Source of the DNA: a virus
Taxonomy: Duplodnaviria; Caudoviricetes
DNA length: 54,960 nucleotides
Virus record (IMG/VR): IMGVR_UViG_3300030090_005625
Span: 1 to 54,960 of that record
Direction: 5' to 3' (one strand)
Shown here: one piece after another, positions 1 to 9,935 of the stretch
How the letters are laid out: each line of letters opens with the position of its first letter
Numbering within the stretch: position 1 is the stretch's first letter
Notes under the pieces: model-generated
Database searches by the model: none
What the model was told of the DNA's origin: nothing
What the model saw: only the letters and a program-made list of their open reading frames with translations
Program-made: the position numbers and the translations under genes

Positions 1-414
1 TATAAGGTTTTAATGGGAGATAAATCAGATAATATTGAGGGAGTTAAAGGATTAGGTCCTAAAAAACTACCAAAAATAGTTCCTGATATAATCACCGAAA
101 GGGTCTTGGATTTAGATTCCATCGTTCAAGAAGCTTTAGAAGGGGAAGAACCTATGCACGAAAGAATTGTGGCGTCGGAGCATCAATTAGAAATAAATGA
201 AAAGTTAATGGATTTAAAAAATCCACCAATTTCAGGAGAATTAAAAAAGCAAATTCGTATGTTAATGAATGAACCAATAAATTTGCTCTCCCGAAATAGT
301 TTTACTACAATGTATCATGATGATTGTATGGGAAATGCTTTACAAATTCCAGACACATGGTTAACTCAACATTTTGTAAAATTAAATAGTTACGCTGAAT
401 CAACACATGAATAA
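1..414 (+). CDS. 5'-3' exonuclease / T4 RNase H-like flap nuclease, C-terminal part (5' truncated by window)
   Basis: H3TH motif GDKSDNIEGVKGLGPK; frame open from position 1; directly upstream of the helicase. Confidence 0.85.
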   Translation, partial: YKVLMGDKSDNIEGVKGLGPKKLPKIVPDIITERVLDLDSIVQEALEGEEPMHERIVASEHQLEINEKLMDLKNPPISGELKKQIRMLMNEPINLLSRNSFTTMYHDDCMGNALQIPDTWLTQHFVKLNSYAESTHE

Positions 415-1765
415 ACTTACACAATATGGTCATCCGTTTCAAACAAAAGCATTAGCTGCGTTAGTAACAGATAGGGATTTTTTACAACAGTCAGCTGACA
501 TTGTATCTCCTGAATATTTTGATTCTGATGCAAGTAAATGGATTGTTCGTAAAACACTAACTTATTTTAATGAATATAGAACAACACCAACAATGGAAGT
601 TTTTAAAGTTGAGGTTGAAAAAATTCAAAATGAAGTACAAGCAGTTGCTGTAAAAGAACAACTAAAAGAAACATATAAATCATCACAAGTAAAAGATCTT
701 GAATATATTAAAGATACTTTTCTTGATTTTTGTAAAAATCAAACACTTAAAAATGCAATCGTACAATCTGTCGATTTACTTCAAAATGGTCAATATGACG
801 ACATAAAAGCAATCATAGATGAAGCTATGAAAGCTGGTGCGGCTAAAGATATTGGGCATGACTATATAGTAGGAATAGAGGAGAGATTAACTAAGTCAAG
901 CAGAAGCACGGTCAAAACTGGATGGAATGTTATTGATGAAATTATGGATGGTGGATTAGGTGGTGGTGAGTTAGGTGTTATGGTGGCGCCCGCTGGTATT
1001 GGTAAATCGTGGTGTTTACAGGCAATTGGAGCAGCTTCCGTCAAAAGAGGGTTATCTGTGGTTCACTATACATTAGAGTTGAACGAAAACTATGTTGGTC
1101 TAAGATATGATTCTATATTTAGTGGAGTTACAACTGCTAACATAAAATATTATAAAGAAGATGTACAAAAGAAAATTAGTGAATTAGATGGTAGGTTGAT
1201 AATCAAATACTATCCTACAAAATCAATCACAGTTCAAACTTTATCCGCTCATCTAAAACAATTAGAATTGCAGGATATGAAACCTGATTTGATGCTTGTT
1301 GATTATGCAGATTTATTAATCGGTACAGGTAGAGAAAAAAGACATATATTAGAATCAATATACGAAGATTTGAGGGGTTTAGCAGGTGAGTTTGATACGC
1401 CAGTATGGACTGCATCACAAGCTAATCGTTCTTCATTGGAGGAGGAAATTATAGACGCGAGTAAAGTTGCGGAGAGTTATGCAAAAGTTATGATAGCTGA
1501 TTTTGTAGTTTCTTTGAGTAGAAAAGTTGAGGACAAAATATCAAATACAGGCAGATTTCACGTGATAAAAAATAGATTCGGAATAGATGGGATTACATAT
1601 CCAGCTATGATGAATACAAACATAGGTAAAATTGAAGTGCATGAATCAACTTCAAAAAGTGGCAAGGAACAACAATCTAAAATGGATAATTCTGAAGAGT
1701 ATTTGCGTAAAACATTATCAAACAAATACAATGATATGAATAAATCTGTAGATGGTTTTGAATAA
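407..1765 (+). CDS. dnaB: DnaB-like replicative helicase (T4 gp41-like)
   Basis: Walker A APAGIGKS, YTLEL, Walker B LVDYADLL, WTASQANR, KNRFG arginine finger. Confidence 0.93.
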   Translation: MNKLTQYGHPFQTKALAALVTDRDFLQQSADIVSPEYFDSDASKWIVRKTLTYFNEYRTTPTMEVFKVEVEKIQNEVQAVAVKEQLKETYKSSQVKDLEYIKDTFLDFCKNQTLKNAIVQSVDLLQNGQYDDIKAIIDEAMKAGAAKDIGHDYIVGIEERLTKSSRSTVKTGWNVIDEIMDGGLGGGELGVMVAPAGIGKSWCLQAIGAASVKRGLSVVHYTLELNENYVGLRYDSIFSGVTTANIKYYKEDVQKKISELDGRLIIKYYPTKSITVQTLSAHLKQLELQDMKPDLMLVDYADLLIGTGREKRHILESIYEDLRGLAGEFDTPVWTASQANRSSLEEEIIDASKVAESYAKVMIADFVVSLSRKVEDKISNTGRFHVIKNRFGIDGITYPAMMNTNIGKIEVHESTSKSGKEQQSKMDNSEEYLRKTLSNKYNDMNKSVDGFE

Positions 1766-1770
1766 AGTAG

Positions 1771-1827
1771 AGTATATATTATATTTAGTTATGAGTTTTT
1801 TATATCGAAAACAAAACAATATATACT
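1771..1827. promoter_or_regulatory. Inverted repeat upstream of nrdJ (possible operator, partly NrdR-box-like)
   Basis: AGTATATATT (1771-1780) and AATATATACT (1818-1827) are a perfect 10-bp inverted repeat just before the AGGAG RBS. Confidence 0.35.
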
Positions 1828-1848
1828 TCGGTTAGGAGAAAGTTTTAA

Positions 1849-3858
1849 ATGGAAAAATTTAAGTTATCTGATAATTTTCTTAATAAATTTAAGAGAAAGA
1901 AGGCACCATTTGGTTTTAACGGATTAGGTGAATTGGTTTATATGAGAACATATTCTCGTATAAAAGAGAATGGTAAAAATGAAAGATGGTGGGAAACGGT
2001 TCAGAGGGTTGTAGAGGGAACATACTCAATGCAAAAAGAACATATTGAATCATTATCATTAGGTTGGAATGCATGGCAAGCACAAAGGTCGGCGCAAGAG
2101 ATGTATGAAAGAATTTTTAATATGAAGTTCTTACCACCAGGTCGTGGTTTATGGGCTATGGGTACACCAATCACAGAAGAAAAGAATTTATACGCGGCAC
2201 TTAATAATTGTGCATTCGTATCAACTAAAACACTCAAAGAAGATTATTCAAAACCATTTTGTTTCTTAATGGACGCATCTATGTTAGGTGTTGGAGTTGG
2301 ATTTGATACCAAAGGTGCTGGTGAGATTATAATAAAAGGTGTTAACAAAGATAGAAATGAAGAGGTATATGAAATACCCGATACTCGTGAGGGTTGGGTA
2401 GAATCACTTCGTTTACTTTTAGAAAGTTACTTTCACGGAACTGCTCACGTAGAGTTTGACTATACTAAGATACGAGATGAAGGAGAACCAATCAAAGGTT
2501 TTGGAGGAGTAAGTTCAGGTCCTGAACCACTAAAAGAAGTACACAATAGTATTAGAAAAGTATTAGAGGATAATAGCGGAGAACCAATCACAATCACAAC
2601 AATCGTAGATATTATGAATCTAATCGGTAAATGTGTTGTGGCTGGTAATGTAAGAAGAACAGCAGAGATTGTTTTTGGTGACCCACATAATGAAGAGTAT
2701 TTAGATTTAAAAAACTACAAAGTAAATCCTGATAGAGAAACTTATGGTTGGACATCCAATAATAGTATTTTCGCAGAGTTAGGAATGGATTACACAGAAG
2801 CTGCAAAAAGAATAATAGATAATGGTGAGCCAGGTTTTGCTTGGTTAGATAATATGAGACATTATTCTCGTATGAAAAATGGTGGTGATAACAAAGACCA
2901 TAGAGCTATGGGTGGTAATCCGTGTTTAGAGCAAACCTTAGAGTCATATGAATTATGTTGTTTGGTTGAGACATTTCCTAGCAATCACGATTCATTTGAG
3001 GACTATGCTAGAACATTAAAATACGCATATCTTTATGCAAAAACAGTCACATTGGGTGGAACTCATTGGGCTGACACAAATAGGGTTATGTTGAGAAACA
3101 GAAGAATTGGTTGTAGTGTGAGCGGAGTCGCACAATTTATTACAAAAAATGGTTTGGGTGAATTAAAAGATTGGTTGGAAGATGGTTATGATGTCATAAA
3201 AGAATGGGACACAAAATATTCAGATTGGTTCGCAGTCCCACGTTCAATCAAAACTACCTCAGTTAAACCAAGCGGTACGGTATCTTTATTAGCAGGTGCT
3301 ACACCAGGCTTACATTATCCTGAGAGTAGATTTTATATTAGAAGAATTAGGTTGTCAAAACATTCAGAGTTGATTGAACCTATGAAAAAAGCAGGTTATA
3401 AGATAGAACCAGCCTTTGGTTCAGAGGATACGACTTCGGTTGTTGAAGTTCCTGTTGATGTTGGTGAGGGGATAAGAACCGCATCAGAGTTATCAATATG
3501 GGAACAATTCTCTTTAGCAGCTTTTATGCAAAGACATTGGGCTGATAATCAGGTTAGTTGCACAGTTACATTTAATCCAGAAACAGAGGGGGATGAAATA
3601 TCGCATGTATTGAATTATTTTCAATACCATTTAAAAGGTATTTCACTATTACCACGACACGATTATGGTGCTTACAAACAAATGCCATATGAGTCTATAG
3701 ATGAAAATGAATATAAAAAGCAAGTTAGTAAACTTAGTAAACTATCATTTGGAGTTATCAAAAATGAAGAAGCTGAAATTGATAAGTTCTGTAATAACGA
3801 TAGTTGTGAAGTTCCCTCTTTAACTGGTGATAATGATGACCAAGAATACGCAAACTAA
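1849..3858 (+). CDS. nrdJ: Class II (adenosylcobalamin-dependent) ribonucleotide reductase, monomeric RTPR type
   Basis: FLPPGRGLW, NNCAF, NPCLEQ (thiyl Cys), CCLVE, VKPSGT, C-terminal CxxxxC (FCNNDSC); no beta subunit nearby. Confidence 0.93.
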   Translation: MEKFKLSDNFLNKFKRKKAPFGFNGLGELVYMRTYSRIKENGKNERWWETVQRVVEGTYSMQKEHIESLSLGWNAWQAQRSAQEMYERIFNMKFLPPGRGLWAMGTPITEEKNLYAALNNCAFVSTKTLKEDYSKPFCFLMDASMLGVGVGFDTKGAGEIIIKGVNKDRNEEVYEIPDTREGWVESLRLLLESYFHGTAHVEFDYTKIRDEGEPIKGFGGVSSGPEPLKEVHNSIRKVLEDNSGEPITITTIVDIMNLIGKCVVAGNVRRTAEIVFGDPHNEEYLDLKNYKVNPDRETYGWTSNNSIFAELGMDYTEAAKRIIDNGEPGFAWLDNMRHYSRMKNGGDNKDHRAMGGNPCLEQTLESYELCCLVETFPSNHDSFEDYARTLKYAYLYAKTVTLGGTHWADTNRVMLRNRRIGCSVSGVAQFITKNGLGELKDWLEDGYDVIKEWDTKYSDWFAVPRSIKTTSVKPSGTVSLLAGATPGLHYPESRFYIRRIRLSKHSELIEPMKKAGYKIEPAFGSEDTTSVVEVPVDVGEGIRTASELSIWEQFSLAAFMQRHWADNQVSCTVTFNPETEGDEISHVLNYFQYHLKGISLLPRHDYGAYKQMPYESIDENEYKKQVSKLSKLSFGVIKNEEAEIDKFCNNDSCEVPSLTGDNDDQEYAN

Positions 3859-3879
3859 AATTTCACATACAAAAAGCGG

Positions 3880-3918
3880 ACAGGCAGTAGACACACCTGT
3901 GAAAAAATGTGTCGTACT
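3880..3918 (+). promoter_or_regulatory. Predicted H-type RNA pseudoknot in the TonB-dependent receptor leader
   Basis: S1 ACAGG(3880-3884)/CCTGT(3896-3900); S2 GACACA(3890-3895)/TGTGTC(3908-3913), extendable by AGTA/TACT; A-rich loop GAAAAAA; ends about 10 nt before RBS AAGGAG. Confidence 0.55.
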
Positions 3919-3941
3919 AAACAATAACAAGGAGATTCGAT

Positions 3942-6716
3942 ATGAAAAGTCGTAATCTAATTGCTATGATGATGACTCTACTAACACCGATGATGTTGTT
4001 TGCACAATCGGTAACAGGAACAGTTACATCAGAAGCAGGAGACCCTTTAGCTAATGCTAATATTGTTGTAGTTGGTACTGATTTAGGTACAATTTCAGAT
4101 GAAACTGGAACATTTGTACTTGATTTAGGTGCTGGTGACTATACAATTACAGCTACAGTAATTGGGTTTAAACCACAATCACAACTTGTGAAGATTACAG
4201 AAGCTGATACAGACTTGATGATGGCTTTTGTTCTACCGCTAAACGTGATTGAATTGTCAGACGTTGAAGTTCTTGCTTCAAGAGCTGACGATAAAACACC
4301 TGTTGCTTACACAACCGTTAGTAAAGAAGAGTTAGAAGTTCGTCTTGGTTCACAAGATATTCCGATGGCTTTAAATACTACACCAAGTGTATATGCAACA
4401 CAACAAGGTGGTGGTGCGGGTGATGCTCGTATCAATGTTCGTGGATTCAACCAAAGAAACGTAGCAGTTATGATTAACGGAGTTCCCCAAAATGATATGG
4501 AGAACGGATGGGTTTATTGGAGTAACTGGGATGGAGTAGCCGATGCTGCTAACTCAATTCAGTTACAAAGAGGTCTATCAGCGGTTAATTTAGCTACACC
4601 ATCTATTGGTGGAACCATGAACATCATTACAGACCCAGCTGCAAACGAGAGAGGTGGTAAGTTTAAACAAGAGGGTGGTGCAGGTAATTTCTTGAAAACA
4701 ACTTTTAACTACAATACTGGTTTGATGATGGGTGATAAATTAGCGTTGAGTGGTACACTTGTTCGTAAGACAGGTGATGGTATCATTGATGCTACTTGGA
4801 CAGACGCATGGGCATACTACCTAGGTAGTAGTTTTCAAATGAATGAGAACAATCGATTCGAACTTTACGCGATTGGTGCTCCACAACGACATGGACAAAA
4901 TCTATATAAACAGAACATAGCTACATACTCACAAGATTTAGCTGGGGATATAGATGGATATGACGTTACTGCTTTCGCAGAGGGTAATAAGTTCGAGACA
5001 GAAGCCGGTAGAACATTCAACCAAAATTGGGGGCCTGTAAGTTCCGATTACACAGGTAAACAATACTGGTATATGTATGGTGTCGGTGGATTGTTCGGTG
5101 GTGGAAACCAACCAAGATACAACTCTAACTTTTTGAATGAAAGAGAAAACTTCTTTCACAAACCATTGGTTAACCTTAACCATTTTATGACCATTAACGA
5201 AAAGACAAGACTAAGTTCAGTATTGTATTGGAGTGGTGGTTCAGGTGGTGGAACTGGTACTTATGGTTCATCATTCAGAAAACCAGCAGTTGACGGACAG
5301 AAATGGTATAGAAGTTCACCTTGGGGTTGGGATTGGGATGCAGCTATCGCAACCAACTCTGATAGGGTAGACGCTAACTTTCACGCAACAGAGAATCGTT
5401 CAAAAGGTATTCTTCGTAACTCAATCAACAGACAAAACACTTATGGTTTGATTTCTAAACTTAACTACGATGTTAGTGATGAGTTAGAAATACAAGTCGG
5501 TCTTGATTGGAGAACAGCAGGTATTGAACACGCTCGTGAGGTACGTGACCTACTTGGTGGTGACTATTATGTAGACTACGCCGACGACAACGCACCTGAT
5601 GGTAAAGTTGTTCGTTTAGGTGATGAAATTGCTTATCACAACTCTACAACCGTAGATTGGATTGGTGGATTCTTACAAGGTAACTACACCAAGGATAAAC
5701 TAAACCTATATGGTATGGGTGGATTATCAAGTATTAAATATACTTACCAAGACCACTTTACAGTAGCTAACGAAGTAGTTGAAGCAGATGCTATTTCTAC
5801 TTTCCAAATCAAGGGTGGAGCTATGTATGACGTTGATGATAATGTTAGTGTGTTCGCTAACACAGGATACGTTCAGAAACCACCAATTATGGATAACGTA
5901 ATCTACTATGATGGTACAGTTGCGTCAGACCCATCTAACGAGAAGTTTGTCAGTTCAGAAGCTGGTGTAAATTTCAACACCGAAAATGTAGCAGTCAAAG
6001 TGAGTGCTTACAATACTGATTGGATGGATAGAAACCTAACTAAATCTGTCACAACAGGTCAAGGTGACTCAGGTGATACCGACGTTATTTTCTTGAGTGG
6101 TATCAATCAGAAACACCAAGGTCTTGAGATTGAAGCTTCTATGAAACTTAATGATATGATTCGTTTAGACGGAGCTGTTTCATTTGGTAATTGGAAGTTT
6201 GACGGAGATGCTAAAGGTAACTACCAAGAGAATGAGTATAATGCAGAGGGTCAAGTTATTGGTTTAAAGACCACACCTTACTCTTATGCACTTGATGGAT
6301 TATGGGTAGGTGACATGCCTCAGACAGCTTATGTTATGGGTGCTACACTTACACCAATCAAAGGTCTTAGACTACAAGGTATCTTGAAGATGTACGATAA
6401 GAACTACTCAGATTGGAGTCCAAATGCACGTGAGTATGATGGTAGTGATGCAGACGCTGACAGAAGTCAAGTTTGGATGGCACCAAAGTATAATCGTTTA
6501 GACCTACATGGTTCTTACAAACTACCAAAGATTGGTGGTTTAGATATGAGTGTTAACGCTCATATATTCAACGCGTTAGATGCAGTTTATGTACAAGATG
6601 CCGTTGATAATTCACAGTACAATGGTTTTGGTGATAAACTTCACCTACCACATAACGCAGAGGTATTCTTAGGAACACCACGTTATGCTAATATTGGATT
6701 AGTTGTCAATTTCTAG
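3942..6716 (+). CDS. TonB-dependent outer-membrane receptor with N-terminal carboxypeptidase-regulatory-like domain
   Basis: Signal peptide, VTGTVT..G.PL..ANIVV.GT..GT.SD..G.F domain, plug motif GGGAGDARINVRGF..NVAVMINGVPQND, alternating beta strands, C-terminal Phe. Confidence 0.93.
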   Translation: MKSRNLIAMMMTLLTPMMLFAQSVTGTVTSEAGDPLANANIVVVGTDLGTISDETGTFVLDLGAGDYTITATVIGFKPQSQLVKITEADTDLMMAFVLPLNVIELSDVEVLASRADDKTPVAYTTVSKEELEVRLGSQDIPMALNTTPSVYATQQGGGAGDARINVRGFNQRNVAVMINGVPQNDMENGWVYWSNWDGVADAANSIQLQRGLSAVNLATPSIGGTMNIITDPAANERGGKFKQEGGAGNFLKTTFNYNTGLMMGDKLALSGTLVRKTGDGIIDATWTDAWAYYLGSSFQMNENNRFELYAIGAPQRHGQNLYKQNIATYSQDLAGDIDGYDVTAFAEGNKFETEAGRTFNQNWGPVSSDYTGKQYWYMYGVGGLFGGGNQPRYNSNFLNERENFFHKPLVNLNHFMTINEKTRLSSVLYWSGGSGGGTGTYGSSFRKPAVDGQKWYRSSPWGWDWDAAIATNSDRVDANFHATENRSKGILRNSINRQNTYGLISKLNYDVSDELEIQVGLDWRTAGIEHAREVRDLLGGDYYVDYADDNAPDGKVVRLGDEIAYHNSTTVDWIGGFLQGNYTKDKLNLYGMGGLSSIKYTYQDHFTVANEVVEADAISTFQIKGGAMYDVDDNVSVFANTGYVQKPPIMDNVIYYDGTVASDPSNEKFVSSEAGVNFNTENVAVKVSAYNTDWMDRNLTKSVTTGQGDSGDTDVIFLSGINQKHQGLEIEASMKLNDMIRLDGAVSFGNWKFDGDAKGNYQENEYNAEGQVIGLKTTPYSYALDGLWVGDMPQTAYVMGATLTPIKGLRLQGILKMYDKNYSDWSPNAREYDGSDADADRSQVWMAPKYNRLDLHGSYKLPKIGGLDMSVNAHIFNALDAVYVQDAVDNSQYNGFGDKLHLPHNAEVFLGTPRYANIGLVVNF

Positions 6717-6727
6717 GAGTTTTAATT

Positions 6728-6757
6728 AGGGGGGATTTATTCCCCCCTTTCTCTTTT
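6728..6757 (+). terminator. Rho-independent terminator
   Basis: AGGGGGGA-TTTAT-TCCCCCCT hairpin followed by a T-rich tail immediately after the receptor stop codon. Confidence 0.85.
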
Positions 6758-6764
6758 CAATATC

Positions 6765-7292
6765 ATGGAAGAAAAAAAAATATTAACAGAAGTAAAGACT
6801 TGGATAACCGAGTATTTAGAAATACCAAATGAAAATTTTGGTGGTATGCCAGTATGTCCCTTTGTAAAAGCTGAAAGGGAAAAAAACAAATTAATGTTCG
6901 AAATCTGGTACCCGAATAAAACATCATTTATCGAAGTATTAGATAAATTTAAAAATAGTGAATTTTCATCAGCCTTAGTAATATGTATGAATACAGATGG
7001 ATTACTTTGGGAAGAGGTTGATAGAAAAAAATATCAAAAAACAATTCAAATCTTAATGAAAGAAAACGGATATACGGATATCAAAGCTTTATGTTTCTCA
7101 CCGTTTGAACATCACACAGCGGCCGGGGAAGAAACAAGAAAAGGTTCACCATACTTTTTAATTAATATAGCCGGTACAGATGAATTAAATGTAGCACATC
7201 GAAAATTATTAAAAACATCTTACTTTGATAAATTTACTGATGACGAGGTAAAGACCTTAAAAGTATATCCTAAAAAGAAGAAAAAATTATAA
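6765..7292 (+). CDS. Hypothetical protein, DUF1415-like
   Basis: W....L.....GGMPVCPF and SPYFLIN motifs resemble the DUF1415 family. Confidence 0.5.
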   Translation: MEEKKILTEVKTWITEYLEIPNENFGGMPVCPFVKAEREKNKLMFEIWYPNKTSFIEVLDKFKNSEFSSALVICMNTDGLLWEEVDRKKYQKTIQILMKENGYTDIKALCFSPFEHHTAAGEETRKGSPYFLINIAGTDELNVAHRKLLKTSYFDKFTDDEVKTLKVYPKKKKKL

Positions 7293-7330
7293 AAAAACAC
7301 TTGACAAGTATAGGTTTTTTTTCGTATATT
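7291..7330 (+). promoter_or_regulatory. Sigma70-type phage promoter upstream of DNA polymerase
   Basis: A-tract + TTGACA(7301-7306)-N18-TATATT(7325-7330); one of six similar copies in the window. Confidence 0.8.
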
Positions 7331-7361
7331 CTAACATAAATTAAATTGGGAAATTATATAG

Positions 7362-9875
7362 TTGTATCAAAACATTTATTATGACAGACGAGTAAATAAG
7401 ATGCACGTTTGGGATGACAAAGCTGGTCATCTAACGTTTCGTTATAAAAAATACGCTTACACAAAAAATCGTAACGGCACTTATCTATCTTTATATGGTG
7501 ATAAACTCACAAGAATAAACAAGTGGGATGAAGACCAACCAGATTTATTCGAATCGGATGTAAACCCAGAAATCAGGGTATTGGTTGATAACTACACGGA
7601 TTCAGATGACGTATCAGAGGGTCATCGCGTGATGATTTTTGATATAGAGGTTGAGGTAACGGATGGTTTTCCAGACGTAGCAAAAGCTGAGAATAAAATT
7701 ACATCTATCGCTTTTAATGACCCGGTTTTAAATAAATACTATTGTTATGTGTTAGACCCAACAGATAAATTAAATTTAGGTAAAGAAAGAACAAGAGAAG
7801 ATGGTGATACAATCGTTTCTTTCTATGATGAGTATGACTTACTAAACGCCTTTTATAAAAAATACATGGAGATACAACCAACCATTTTAACAGGTTGGAA
7901 CGTTGAATTTTTCGATGTACCGTATTTATATAACAGGTCTCAACAAGTTCTTGGTCAAGAGATTGCTAATTTATTATCACCGATACAAATAGTGAGATGG
8001 AATAGTTTCAAAAAAAGATTTATTATAGCTGGTGTTAGTACACTTGATTATTTAAGTTTGTACAAAAGATTTACATTTAGTCAAAAAACTTCTTATCGAT
8101 TAGATGCTATAGGTGAGGATGAGGTTGGAGAGAAAAAGGTTTCTTATGAGGGAACGTTAAATGATTTGTATGAAAACGACTTAGAAAAATTTGTTCAATA
8201 CAATATACAAGACGTGAAACTTGTAAAAAAGTTGGATGACAAGTTAGATTTTATTGAAATAGCTCGTGGTTTGGCTCATCTTGGTCATGTGCCTTATGAG
8301 TCTATTTATATGTCATCACATTATCTTGAGGGAGCTATATTAGTTTATTTAAAGAAAAACAATATAGTTGCACCAAACAAACCACCAAGACCAGAAACAT
8401 TTAATGCTGAGGATAAATTCACTGGTGCGTATGTTCAAGACCCACAACGAGGTAAACATGATTGGGTTTATGATTTAGATATTACCTCGATGTATCCATC
8501 TTGTATCATGTCTTTAAATATATCACCAGAGACCAAACTTGGTAAAATACAAGGTTGGAATCCTGAAGAATTTTTAAATAAAAAAAATAAAAAGACGTAT
8601 TCAATCACACAAGGTAAAAATACTTTAGGTGTGTTTACTGAAACTGAGTTGAAGAACTTTTTGTCCAATAGAGACGTATCGGTTGCTACAAATGGAGTTA
8701 TGTATCGTTCTGATAAAGATGGTTTATTACCAGCACTTCTTAGAAAATGGTTTGACGAAAGAGTTGAGTATCGTAAATTATCGAAGAAGTTTCATGAAGA
8801 GGGTGATAAGGAAAAATCAGATTATTTCGAACGACGACAATATCTACAAAAGGTTGTTTTAAATAGTTTGTATGGTGTGTTGGGTTTATCTGTTTTTAGA
8901 TTTTATGATGTTGATAACGCTGAAGCTGTAACAACAACTGGTCAATCATTAATAAAATTTACAAAAAAGATTACCAACAATTACTACAATAAAGAATTAC
9001 AAGATAATTTAGATTATTGTATTTACATTGATACTGATTCGGTATTTTATTCAGCAACACCATTAGTGACAAAACGTTTTCCAAATCTAGATATCAAAAA
9101 CGAAGATAAAATGTCAAAAGCTATCCTTGAGATTGCTAGTGAAGTCCAATCGTATCTGAACAAAGGTTATGATTATTTTGCTAAAAAGTTTTGTAATCTT
9201 GATAAACATCGATTTGATATCAAACAAGAGGTTATTGCTAAAAGTGGTTTATTCGTAACAAAGAAAAGATATGGTCTAAAGATTATTAATGATAATGGTA
9301 AAAAAGTTGATAAAATGATGGTCAAGGGTTTAGATACAGTCCGTAGTAGTTTTCCTATAGCCATGAAAGAAATGTTGTCTAAATTATTAGATGATATCAT
9401 GATGGACGTACCAAAAGATAAATTAGATAAATTTATTTTGAACTTTAAAAAGAGTATGAAGTTGATGGATTTTGAAAAGATAGCCATACCAACAGGTATG
9501 AAAGGTCTTGAAAAGTATAAAGATAATACCGATGTGTTATTCACTGGTTATAAACTGGGGACGCCAGTGCATGTGAAGTCTGCCATCTTTCATAATGATT
9601 TATTAAGATATTATAAAATGGATAAACGTTATGAAAAGATAATTAACAACGAAAAGATTAAATGGGTATATTTGAAACAAAATGAATTTAATTTAAGTGT
9701 TATAGCGTTTAAAGGTTATGATGACGCACCTCAGATTATTGATTTTATCAAACGACACATAAATACTGAGAAAATTTATGAACAAGTGTTACATAAAAAA
9801 ATTATGATGTTATATGAAGCTCTTGGTTGGGATGAACCAACAGATGCAACAAAAACCATAGAAAGATTTTTTTGA
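7362..9875 (+). CDS. polB: Family B DNA polymerase (T4 gp43-like)
   Basis: Exo I FDIE, Exo II GWNVEFFD, Exo III YNIQD, DITSMYPS, KVVLNSLYG, YIDTDS, KKRY; C-terminal clamp-binding-like TIERFF. Confidence 0.96.
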   Translation: MYQNIYYDRRVNKMHVWDDKAGHLTFRYKKYAYTKNRNGTYLSLYGDKLTRINKWDEDQPDLFESDVNPEIRVLVDNYTDSDDVSEGHRVMIFDIEVEVTDGFPDVAKAENKITSIAFNDPVLNKYYCYVLDPTDKLNLGKERTREDGDTIVSFYDEYDLLNAFYKKYMEIQPTILTGWNVEFFDVPYLYNRSQQVLGQEIANLLSPIQIVRWNSFKKRFIIAGVSTLDYLSLYKRFTFSQKTSYRLDAIGEDEVGEKKVSYEGTLNDLYENDLEKFVQYNIQDVKLVKKLDDKLDFIEIARGLAHLGHVPYESIYMSSHYLEGAILVYLKKNNIVAPNKPPRPETFNAEDKFTGAYVQDPQRGKHDWVYDLDITSMYPSCIMSLNISPETKLGKIQGWNPEEFLNKKNKKTYSITQGKNTLGVFTETELKNFLSNRDVSVATNGVMYRSDKDGLLPALLRKWFDERVEYRKLSKKFHEEGDKEKSDYFERRQYLQKVVLNSLYGVLGLSVFRFYDVDNAEAVTTTGQSLIKFTKKITNNYYNKELQDNLDYCIYIDTDSVFYSATPLVTKRFPNLDIKNEDKMSKAILEIASEVQSYLNKGYDYFAKKFCNLDKHRFDIKQEVIAKSGLFVTKKRYGLKIINDNGKKVDKMMVKGLDTVRSSFPIAMKEMLSKLLDDIMMDVPKDKLDKFILNFKKSMKLMDFEKIAIPTGMKGLEKYKDNTDVLFTGYKLGTPVHVKSAIFHNDLLRYYKMDKRYEKIINNEKIKWVYLKQNEFNLSVIAFKGYDDAPQIIDFIKRHINTEKIYEQVLHKKIMMLYEALGWDEPTDATKTIERFF

Positions 9876-9935
9876 TTTTGAGAAAACAAACTCATATATA
9901 TGTATATATGGTTATAAATAATAGGAGAATACCGC

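Noticed and set aside
3859-3941. Cobalamin riboswitch ahead of the receptor or nrdJ
   Set aside because: The spacers are only about 83 nt and I see no B12-box or GGGAA core; only the small pseudoknot is supported
407-9875. Inteins or group I introns in helicase, RNR or polymerase
   Set aside because: Lengths are normal, catalytic motifs are contiguous and there are no intein splice motifs
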